Positions 57,411 to 64,000 of a stretch of DNA of 64,000 nucleotides are shown here, in pieces. The DNA is from Gemmatimonadaceae bacterium (GTDB lineage Bacteria > Gemmatimonadota > Gemmatimonadetes > Gemmatimonadales > Gemmatimonadaceae). The stretch is from contig JANMAM010000021.1 of the NCBI GenBank assembly GCA_031359795.1, positions 8,542 through 72,541 of the forward strand, written 5' to 3'. A model generated the notes under the pieces. That model was not told where the DNA came from, searched no databases, and worked only from the letters and a program-made list of their open reading frames with translations. Each line of letters starts with the position of its first letter. Within the stretch, counting starts at the first letter, position 1. A program made the position numbers and the translations under genes.

Positions 57411-58711
57411 CAGGGTGTTGGCGATGCCGTCAGGGTAAGTGCGCGCAGCATCGCCGAAGCAATCCACGCCCGCGCCAGGTCTTCGATGTGCCGCGCCACG
57501 ATTTCCCGCGCGTTGCGCTGCGCCTCTAGAACGTTAGGCAGGGTCGATGCTCCCTCGCGGTAGGCAACGATCGACATCGCGGCGACTCGATTGGCGCTCT
57601 CGACCACCACCCGTCCCCGCGCGATTCGGGCGATCGCGCCTGCCTGCTCGCGCCGCGCCTGCGCGATCCGGGTGTGGCTCTCGAGACGGGCGAGCGCCAG
57701 ATCGGCGATTGCCCGCTGCCGTTCGGCCACCGCCGTTGCCACCGCCCCGCGGTTGCGGTTGAACAGGGGCAGCGGCAGTGCGAGTCCGATGATCGGGAGG
57801 ATCCCGGTCTCCCCACCGCTTGGATCGTGCGTCTCGATTCCCGCGAGAATGCTCGGCGCGCCCCACGTTGCCCGCCGTTCTGCGGCAAGGCTGAGCGTCG
57901 CGGACTGAAGCCCCGCCACGGCAGCCGCGACGCCGAGCGGCTCGCCCGATAGCGAGTCGACAGCGGGCGGCGCGTTGAGCGAATCGGTGGGAATCGGCTC
58001 GATTGTGTCACCACTGAGACCGATCGCCAGCTGCAGATCGAGTAGCGCCGAGCGGAGCGTCAGCGAATCGCTGGCAGCGGCGTTCGCCTGCTGTCCCGCG
58101 TTGACGCGGGCCAGCTCGACATCGAGTTCGCTCGCGTCGCCTGCGTCGCGTCGCGCGATCGCCATGCGCAACAACGTGTCGGCGTCAGCGGCGGTCCGGG
58201 CGGATAGCTCCGTGCGCGCCTCCGCCGCGAGCGCAATCGTGTAGCTCGTGTCAGCATCGAGTACTGCCGAAGCGCGCGCGAAGCCGTAACGCAGCCGAGC
58301 CGCCGCGACGGCGAACCGCGCCGAGCCGACACGAGCGTTTCGTATCCAGGGAAACGGAACTGGAAGATCGAGCTCCGCGTGATACTGCGGGACCGACTTC
58401 GTGTACGTCGCCGTGAGCATCGGGTTCGCGAGCGCTCGTGCCGAGAGCAGCTGTGCAGCGGCGACGAGAGTGTCGGCCTGCGCTGTCGGCAACCGCGTCC
58501 CGCGGGTGAGCGCCGCGGCGATCGCGGCACGCCGGGTCAGTGGAACGCGGGTTTGCTGCGCAATTGCCGCGGCGGGCGCGAGGTTGGTTACGCCGGCCAG
58601 GCACGCGACGCCGGCGACGCCAGCGAGCAGACGCGATCGGGAATTCGCCGAGCGGAACGGAATTGAAGGTCGCACAGCCATATGATACCACGCCGAACCT
58701 ATTCGCCGCAT
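57410..58711 (-). CDS. TolC-family outer-membrane efflux protein
   Basis: Two-repeat helical OEP pattern with a signal peptide. It is the first efflux gene of the OMF-MFP-RND order. Confidence 0.8.
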   Translation of the reverse strand: MRRIGSAWYHMAVRPSIPFRSANSRSRLLAGVAGVACLAGVTNLAPAAAIAQQTRVPLTRRAAIAAALTRGTRLPTAQADTLVAAAQLLSARALANPMLTATYTKSVPQYHAELDLPVPFPWIRNARVGSARFAVAAARLRYGFARASAVLDADTSYTIALAAEARTELSARTAADADTLLRMAIARRDAGDASELDVELARVNAGQQANAAASDSLTLRSALLDLQLAIGLSGDTIEPIPTDSLNAPPAVDSLSGEPLGVAAAVAGLQSATLSLAAERRATWGAPSILAGIETHDPSGGETGILPIIGLALPLPLFNRNRGAVATAVAERQRAIADLALARLESHTRIAQARREQAGAIARIARGRVVVESANRVAAMSIVAYREGASTLPNVLEAQRNAREIVARHIEDLARAWIASAMLRALTLTASPTP

Positions 58712-58719
58712 AACGGCCC

Positions 58720-59364
58720 CTACGCCGAACTACCATCGGGGCCCGGCGGAGCGTCCGGCGCGATGTGGCCGCGCGCGCAATTCCCGTCGACAATCTCGAC
58801 GACGAGCGGCCAGACCGCCGGCAGCGCCGCTTCGATCGGAGCCATCCGTCGAAGCACCTGGGCGCGGGTGACGCCGTGCGCGCGCCAGCTGCCCCCATCG
58901 GCCGCGTCGTTGAGGAGCAGCGGCAGCAGGCGGTCGAGCGAGATCGCGAACTGCGCCGTCGCCGTACGGCCGTCCTCGAACTCCTCCCAGAGCGCGCGCA
59001 TCTGGAGGCCCTGCTGAACAGGGAGGAGCCCGAACAAGCGATCGGCCGCGCGCAGCTCCCGGTCGACGCGTCCGAGATTGCCAGCGGCGTCATAGGCGAA
59101 CGTGTCGCCGGCGTCGATCTCGACGAGGTCGTGGACGACGACCATCTGCGTGGCGCGCGCGATGTCGACATCCGGCGCGGCGTGCTCGGCCAACGTCATC
59201 GCCGCGAGCGCGAGATGCCACGAATGCTCCGCGCTGTTCTCATGGCGCGAGCCATCCGCGAGGACCGTGCGCCGCAGCACGAGCTTCAGTCGATCGGCTT
59301 CGACGAGCAATGCCAGCTGCCGGCGAAGTCGAGTGATCGTGTCGGGCGATTCCGCGATGCTCAC
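58720..59364 (-). CDS. HD-domain phosphohydrolase (YfbR-like)
   Basis: ENSAEHSWHLA ... VVHDLVEIDAGD gives the H...HD...D metal-binding pattern. It lies 8 nt upstream of the efflux genes on the same strand. Confidence 0.8.
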   Translation of the reverse strand: MSIAESPDTITRLRRQLALLVEADRLKLVLRRTVLADGSRHENSAEHSWHLALAAMTLAEHAAPDVDIARATQMVVVHDLVEIDAGDTFAYDAAGNLGRVDRELRAADRLFGLLPVQQGLQMRALWEEFEDGRTATAQFAISLDRLLPLLLNDAADGGSWRAHGVTRAQVLRRMAPIEAALPAVWPLVVEIVDGNCARGHIAPDAPPGPDGSSA

Positions 59365-59447
59365 TCGTGGGCCGGGTCAGGGAAGTCGCCGCCAGGCGCT
59401 GGCGACCACGAACTTTATCGTTCGGGTTCTTCCATCTCCAGAGCCTC

Positions 59448-59474
59448 GCGACAGCTGGCACTGCGCGCTAAGAT
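59448..59474 (+). promoter_or_regulatory. Putative promoter upstream of mscL
   Basis: GCGACA (59448-53), 15 nt, then TAAGAT (59469-74). It has the same TAAGATT -10-like element and the same spacing as the 61.5-kb candidate. Confidence 0.25.
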
Positions 59475-59501
59475 TGGGGACCTCTTCCCGGACAACATCG
59501 C

Positions 59502-59885
59502 ATGTGGCGCGACTTCAAGTCTTTCCTGATCAAGCAGAACGCCCTCGCGCTCGCGATTGCGCTGGTGATCGGCGCCGCGCTCAGCGACGTCGTGAAGTCG
59601 CTCGTCGAGAACATCATCATGCCGATCGTCGGCTATGCGACCCCGGGCGGTGACTGGCGAGCGGCGACATTCGCCGTCGGCCCGGTGCGGTTCGGGGTCG
59701 GCGCGGTCGCCGGCGCGGTGTTGAATTTCATCATCATCGGGCTGGTTGCATGGCGGCTTAGTCGGATGTTCCTGCCGCGCGAAGGGGAGAAGCCCGCGTC
59801 GAAGGCCTGCCCGTATTGCCGCATGGGAGACGTGGACCTCGCCGCCACGCGATGCCCGCACTGTACCAGCCAGCTCGCCGGGTAA
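59502..59885 (+). CDS. mscL: Large-conductance mechanosensitive channel with C-terminal zinc-ribbon tail
   Basis: MWRDFKSFLIKQNALALAIALVIGAALSDVVKSLVENIIMPIVG matches MscL TM1. TM2 is VLNFIIIGLVAW. The tail carries CPYC...CPHC. Confidence 0.85.
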   Translation: MWRDFKSFLIKQNALALAIALVIGAALSDVVKSLVENIIMPIVGYATPGGDWRAATFAVGPVRFGVGAVAGAVLNFIIIGLVAWRLSRMFLPREGEKPASKACPYCRMGDVDLAATRCPHCTSQLAG

Positions 59886-59889
59886 ATTC

Positions 59890-61197
59890 GTGGCCCCTCC
59901 CCCGATCGGGGTCGGCAGCGCGGCCCGCTCGAGTGCCGGCGTTCCAAAGCCCAGGGTCGTGATTCTCGGCGGGGGCTTCGCCGGACTGTACGCCGCCCGG
60001 GTTTTCCGGCACGCGCCCGTGGACCTCGTCGTCGTCGATCGAACCAATCACCACCTCTTCCAGCCGTTGCTCTACCAGGTCGCGACCGCGTTGCTCGCTC
60101 CAAGCGACATCGCCGTCCCGATCCGCTGGCGACTCCGCGCGCAGCGCAACACCTCGGTCGTTCTCGCCGAGGTCGAGCGCATCGACCTCGCCACCCGCAC
60201 GGTGGTGCTCGACCGGGATCCGCGGTCGCTCGCCTACGACTACCTGATCGTCGCAACCGGCGCACGCCACGCCTACTTTGGCCACGCCGAGTGGGAACAG
60301 CTTGCACCGGGTCTCAAGAGTCTCGACGACGCGCTCGAGATGCGCCGCCGCTTTCTCGGCGCATTCGAGCGCGCCGAGTGGGAGGGGTCGGCGGAGGAAC
60401 GTGAGGCGTTGCTCACCTTCGTGATCGTCGGCGGCGGGCCGACTGGGGTCGAGCTCGCGGGGATGATCCGACCCGCGTCGAGCCACACCTTCCCGCGCGA
60501 GTTCCGGCGCATCGACACCACGAGGGCCCGCGTCATTCTCATCGAAGGCGGACCGCGGCTGCTGCCCGCAATGCCCGAGTCGCTGTCCGACAAGGCGCGC
60601 CAGGATCTCGAGGTGTTGGGCGTCGAAGTGCGGTTGAACACGATTGTTACCGCGGTCGCCGAAGGCTCGGTGATGATCGGCGACGAGCGGATCAACGCCC
60701 GCACGGTGTTCTGGGCCGCCGGCAACGCTGCCTCTCCGTTAGGCGCGCAGCTGGGGGTTCCGCTCGAGCGCGCGGGGCGGATTCGACCGAGTGCGGACCT
60801 GTCCCTTCCGAATCATCCCGAGGTGTTCGTGGCCGGCGACCTCTCTGTCATCGACCAGGGTGGACGGGTCGTCCCGGCCGTCGCTCCCGCGGCGATGCAG
60901 CAGGGCACGCTCGCCGCGCACAACATCCTCCGGTCGATCCTTGGCCAGCCGCGACGACCCTTTCACTATGTCGACAAAGGCGACCTCGCGACGATCGGTC
61001 GCCACCGGGCGATCGCGTCGTTCGGTCAGGGGCGCATCAGGCTGCACGGCCGCCTCGCGTGGTGGTTCTGGCTCTTCCTCCACATCGTCTATCTGGCGGG
61101 CTTTCGCAACCGGGCGAGCGTCCTCGTTCAATGGGCGTATTCCTACTTCACCTACCAGCGCGGTGCCCGGCTGATCGGCGCCCAGAAGCGGCTGTAG
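59890..61197 (+). CDS. ndh: Type II NADH dehydrogenase-like FAD/NAD(P)-dependent oxidoreductase
   Basis: VVILGGGFAGL, NHHLFQPLLYQVA, VIVGGGPTGVELAG and FVAGD are NDH-2 blocks. The GTG start lies 5 nt after the mscL stop; the track start at 59746 overlaps mscL. Confidence 0.8.
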   Translation: MAPPPIGVGSAARSSAGVPKPRVVILGGGFAGLYAARVFRHAPVDLVVVDRTNHHLFQPLLYQVATALLAPSDIAVPIRWRLRAQRNTSVVLAEVERIDLATRTVVLDRDPRSLAYDYLIVATGARHAYFGHAEWEQLAPGLKSLDDALEMRRRFLGAFERAEWEGSAEEREALLTFVIVGGGPTGVELAGMIRPASSHTFPREFRRIDTTRARVILIEGGPRLLPAMPESLSDKARQDLEVLGVEVRLNTIVTAVAEGSVMIGDERINARTVFWAAGNAASPLGAQLGVPLERAGRIRPSADLSLPNHPEVFVAGDLSVIDQGGRVVPAVAPAAMQQGTLAAHNILRSILGQPRRPFHYVDKGDLATIGRHRAIASFGQGRIRLHGRLAWWFWLFLHIVYLAGFRNRASVLVQWAYSYFTYQRGARLIGAQKRL

Positions 61198-61375
61198 CAG
61201 TGCGCCGCGGCTGGACGGCGTCGCTCGGCGAAGCCGGTCTCGGCAAACGGATGGCGCGCGTGTCCCCGGCGGCGGGTCGTCGCGAGAGCTATCCTGCCTG
61301 ACGGTCGGCACCGGCCCCTGGCGGATGGCGACATCGGATTGGCGAGTTGCGCGCCGATTCGCTATGTTCGCTGAA

Positions 61376-61428
61376 CCTAACGGTCGCGATTTGCTCGAAC
61401 TGCGCGGGCTCTCGGCCGGACCGTTAGT
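61376..61428. repeat. Inverted pair of the extended motif in an intergenic region
   Basis: CCTAACGGTC (61376-61385) and GACCGTTAGT (61419-61428) are complementary at 9 of 10 positions and are separated by 33 nt. Confidence 0.7.
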
Positions 61429-61467
61429 CAATGGGCAGCGAATTGCGCAGGAATTCGAAATTCGGTA

Positions 61468-61494
61468 TTGACGTCTACGCGCCAGTCGTAAGAT
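61468..61494 (+). promoter_or_regulatory. Putative promoter upstream of the small basic protein gene
   Basis: TTGACG (61468-73), 15 nt, then TAAGAT (61489-94), in an AT-rich segment about 65 nt upstream of the GTG at 61559. Confidence 0.35.
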
Positions 61495-61558
61495 TAGACA
61501 AGCTTAATGTTCCTCCCGTCGTGGATCGGACCTCCCCGCCACGACCGTCGTCCCGCCC

Positions 61559-61903
61559 GTGACCCCTCGCCCTGTGCCAACCAGCAAAAGCTCCCGCAAG
61601 CGCACCACCGCCGGTTCGAGCCGTGGTGGTAGCCGCAAGACCGCGTCGAAATCCTCCTCCCGTGGGCGTAGCACCGGCGGCGGAACCTCCCCGGCAAACC
61701 CGAGCTCGGGGATCAGCCGCATCGACCAGGAATCGCGCCGGACCCATGGCTACTTCGTTCGTCTCGGTTACAAGATGACCGACGGCGGCTCGCGACCGAG
61801 TGCCAGCGCCTACTTCGGCGACGCCTCGCACGGTAGCCGGAAGAAGGCATGGGAAGCCGCCGAAGCCTGGCTGAAGAAGACGCGTCGCTCGCTCGATAAG
61901 TAG
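61559..61903 (+). CDS. Small basic protein: Ser/Arg/Lys/Gly-rich N-terminus plus possible AP2-like DNA-binding domain
   Basis: 114 aa. The N-terminal 55 aa are low-complexity and basic. The C-terminal GISRIDQESRRTHGYFVRLGYK...AYFGD...AWEAAEAWLKK resembles bacterial AP2/integrase-type DNA-binding domains (pattern-level only). It follows a promoter-like AT-rich stretch. GTG start. Confidence 0.45.
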   Translation: MTPRPVPTSKSSRKRTTAGSSRGGSRKTASKSSSRGRSTGGGTSPANPSSGISRIDQESRRTHGYFVRLGYKMTDGGSRPSASAYFGDASHGSRKKAWEAAEAWLKKTRRSLDK

Positions 61904-62110
61904 TCGCCTCTTTCGCTGCTCGCACGCGCCGCAGGAACTCCCCGCGGTCGAGGCCATCTGCGCCTCGACCGCGGTTTGTTTGGCCCGCCCCGGCGCGCGC
62001 TTTCCGGCTCTTTACAGCGCAGTCACTGGCGTCGCTCCCGCGCCCCTGCAAAATTCTACCCCTGCGGCATAGGCATCGTGTCGCCGCTCCTCACCCGCAT
62101 CGCTCCCTCA

Positions 62111-63790
62111 ATGCTTCGCCCATTCTCCCGCGCCGCCCTCGCGGCGCTCGCCGTCGCCGCCTGCGCACAGGCACCGGCCACGACGACGTCGAGCGCGCCG
62201 TCCCCGGCCGCCGCCGCATCCGCCATCACCACCGCCGACCTGCGCACGCGCCTCTACGCCTACGCCGATGATTCGATGCGCGGCCGTCAGGCGGGAACCG
62301 TCGACAATCTCCGCGCGGCCGCGTGGCTCGCCGAGCAGGCGCGCCGCCTCGGGCTTCAGCCGGGGGGAGACAACGGCACCTTCTTTCAGGACGTGCCGCT
62401 CATCCGCCGCGGGTTGGTCGCGGGCGCATCGCTCTCGGTCGACGGCACTGCGTACACGCTCTGGACCGATTTTGCGCCCCTCGACGTCGGCACTGCATCA
62501 CCATCGATCGACGGTGTCGGGAGCGTGTTCGTCGGTCGCCTCGCTGACACTGCGTCGATGTCTCCGCCGGCGGTTGGCGCGGGCAAGGTCGTCATCGTCC
62601 GCGCCGCCCCTGGGATGCCGATCTTCCTGGCAGCGCAGCGCGCTGCCTCACGCTATCCGCAGGCGGTCGCCGTCGCCTTCGCCAACCAGGACGCGATCGT
62701 CAAGCAGGTCGGCCTGTATTTCGCGGACGGCCAGGTCACGTTGAAAAACGACGAGATGCCCGCTCGGGCAACGACGCCGGGTCTCATCATCATGGGCACA
62801 CGGCTCACCAGTGCGCTCGTCAGCGGTGATCTCGAGACGCTTGCCGCCGGCAAGGCGGGCAAGACGGTCCGCGGCTCCCTCGGCTTTGTCGAGACGACGG
62901 CGCCCGCTCGCAACGTGATCGCGATTCTTCCCGGAACCGATCCGGCGCTTCGCGGCGAATACGTCGCCCTTGGCGCGCACAATGACCACATCGGTGTGCG
63001 CAAAGGCGGCATCGACCACGACTCGCTGCGTGCGTTCAACCAGGCGCTGCATCGCCTCGGCGCGGCCGACCCGTTCGCGCAGATCGATCCCGCGAAACGC
63101 GCGACGATTCGTGTGAACGTCGACAGCCTCCACGCTGTTCGCCCGGCGCGTATCGATTCCGTCTTCAACGGTGCTGATGACGACGGCTCGGGATCGGTCG
63201 GCCTGATCGAGATCGCCGAAGCGTGGAAGAACGCGCAGGGCGCGGATCGGCCGCGCCGCTCGGTGATCTTCGTCTGGCACACCGCCGAGGAGCTCGGGCT
63301 GTTCGGGTCGGAGTACTTCACCGATCACCCGACGATTCCGCGCGACTCGATCGTTGCGCAGGTGAACATCGACATGATCGGTCGCGGCAGCGCACTCGAT
63401 GTCGACGGCGGTGGCCCGCGCTACGTCGAGCTGATCGGCCCGCGCCGGCTGTCGACGGAGTACGCGCAATTGATCGAGCAGGTGAATTCGCGCGAACCGG
63501 TTCCGTTCACCATCGACTACTCGCTCGACGCCGACGGTCATCCCGAGAACATCTACTGCCGCAGCGACCACGCGAACTATGCCCGCTACGGCATCCCGGT
63601 CGCCTTCTTCTCGACCGGCCAGCACAGCGACTATCACCAGGTCTCGGACGAGCCGCAGTACATCGACTACGATCACTACGCTTCAGTCGTCCGCTTCGTC
63701 TATGACGTCGCCCGTACCGTCGCCAACCGCGACGCGCGCCTGGTCGTCGACAAGCCTAAGCCCGATCCCAAGGCGCAATGCCGGCAGTAG
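62111..63790 (+). CDS. M28-family metallopeptidase with PA-like insert, lipoprotein/secreted
   Basis: Signal MLRPFSRAALAALAVAACA. Zinc-ligand blocks GAHNDHIG, DDDGSGSVGLIE, HTAEELGLFGS and CRSDHANY. The start is set at ATG 62111. Confidence 0.85.
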   Translation: MLRPFSRAALAALAVAACAQAPATTTSSAPSPAAAASAITTADLRTRLYAYADDSMRGRQAGTVDNLRAAAWLAEQARRLGLQPGGDNGTFFQDVPLIRRGLVAGASLSVDGTAYTLWTDFAPLDVGTASPSIDGVGSVFVGRLADTASMSPPAVGAGKVVIVRAAPGMPIFLAAQRAASRYPQAVAVAFANQDAIVKQVGLYFADGQVTLKNDEMPARATTPGLIIMGTRLTSALVSGDLETLAAGKAGKTVRGSLGFVETTAPARNVIAILPGTDPALRGEYVALGAHNDHIGVRKGGIDHDSLRAFNQALHRLGAADPFAQIDPAKRATIRVNVDSLHAVRPARIDSVFNGADDDGSGSVGLIEIAEAWKNAQGADRPRRSVIFVWHTAEELGLFGSEYFTDHPTIPRDSIVAQVNIDMIGRGSALDVDGGGPRYVELIGPRRLSTEYAQLIEQVNSREPVPFTIDYSLDADGHPENIYCRSDHANYARYGIPVAFFSTGQHSDYHQVSDEPQYIDYDHYASVVRFVYDVARTVANRDARLVVDKPKPDPKAQCRQ

Positions 63791-63795
63791 TATCG

Positions 63796-63835
63796 CGTTA
63801 GGCCTGCCTGCCGCCTGCCGCCAGACCGCCTAACG
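63796..63835. repeat. Inverted pair of the CGTTAGGC octamer between convergent gene ends
   Basis: CGTTAGGC (63796-63803) and GCCTAACG (63828-63835) flank 24 nt (CTGCCTGCCGCCTGCCGCCAGACC). The right copy supplies the TAG stop of the minus-strand partial gene. Confidence 0.85.
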
Positions 63836-64000
63836 GTAGCGCCTGGGCAGCAGCACGCGCACGCTGTCCCGGAATTCGTACTGGTCGCCGGCACCGGTGC
63901 GGAGCCAGAAGCGGATCCGTTTCATGCCGGTGTCAGCGTAGGCGTGCTGCAGGCGGATGCTCACACCGCTGCCCAACGGATCTCCAAGGCGGCCGGCGCG
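63830..64000 (-). CDS. 3' end of an unidentified gene (5' part beyond the window)
   Basis: The minus-strand frame is open from the window edge and has high GC3: ...GSGVSIRLQHAYADTGMKRIRFWLRTGAGDQYEFRDSVRVLLPRRYR, then TAG at 63830-63832. It is not in the ORF track because it has no start codon in the window. Confidence 0.55.
   Translation of the reverse strand, partial: RAGRLGDPLGSGVSIRLQHAYADTGMKRIRFWLRTGAGDQYEFRDSVRVLLPRRYR

Noticed and set aside
59455-59470. A sigma-54-like TGGCAC upstream of mscL.
   Set aside because: The downstream element 5 nt later is GCTA rather than TTGC, and no enhancer-binding protein context is present.
1-64000. Telomere-like reading of the motif (TTAGG/TTAGGC resemble insect and nematode telomere units), and apparent enrichment of GAATTC (about 17 sites).
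   Set aside because: The motif copies are single and dispersed, never tandem, so telomere-like function is not plausible in a bacterial coding region. The GAATTC excess is modest (roughly 3-fold by rough estimate) and can be explained by GAA-TTC and AAT-TCN codon pairs.

Overview
This is a high-GC bacterial chromosomal segment (roughly two-thirds G+C by eye) that is almost fully coding. I call 44 CDS, with one truncated at each window edge. I saw no rRNA, tRNA, CRISPR array, transposase or integrase. The gene content suggests a Gemmatimonadota-like soil bacterium, but that taxonomy is inference only.

Main blocks, in order:
- A giant cyclic beta-1,2-glucan synthase (about 2980 aa) next to an O-antigen-ligase-like protein.
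- Sensor kinases, ppc and an lspA-like gene.
- An outer-membrane barrel plus a Gly/Tyr-rich secreted protein, then a BTAD-TPR regulator.
- A SusC/SusD pair flanked by TAT-exported Gfo/Idh/MocA and GMC oxidoreductases, a TIM-barrel isomerase-like protein, a DUF1080 protein and an MFS transporter. No glycoside hydrolase is present, so this looks like an oxidative glycoside-cleavage PUL.
- Aminotransferase, panB, then a MoaD-like carrier, MoeZ and a ThrC-like enzyme (a sulfur-carrier module).
- A hybrid kinase, a DUF892 protein, an S9 peptidase, an aldo/keto reductase, a PAP2 phosphatase and a beta-propeller protein.
- An HD / TolC / MFP / RND operon, then mscL, an NDH-2-like gene, a small basic protein and an M28 peptidase.

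The most unusual signal is not a gene. The heptamer CGTTAGG/CCTAACG occurs 50 times, about one per 1.3 kb, and 44 of these extend to the octamer CGTTAGGC. It is written into coding sequence with the otherwise unused Leu codon TTA, it supplies five stop codons, and it forms inverted pairs in intergenic DNA. Its density and layout resemble uptake-signal, Chi or HIP1-type genome-wide motifs.

Several convergent gene ends also carry related structured intergenic elements. These include a (TAATGGC)3 repeat family and hairpins of about 110 to 176 nt.
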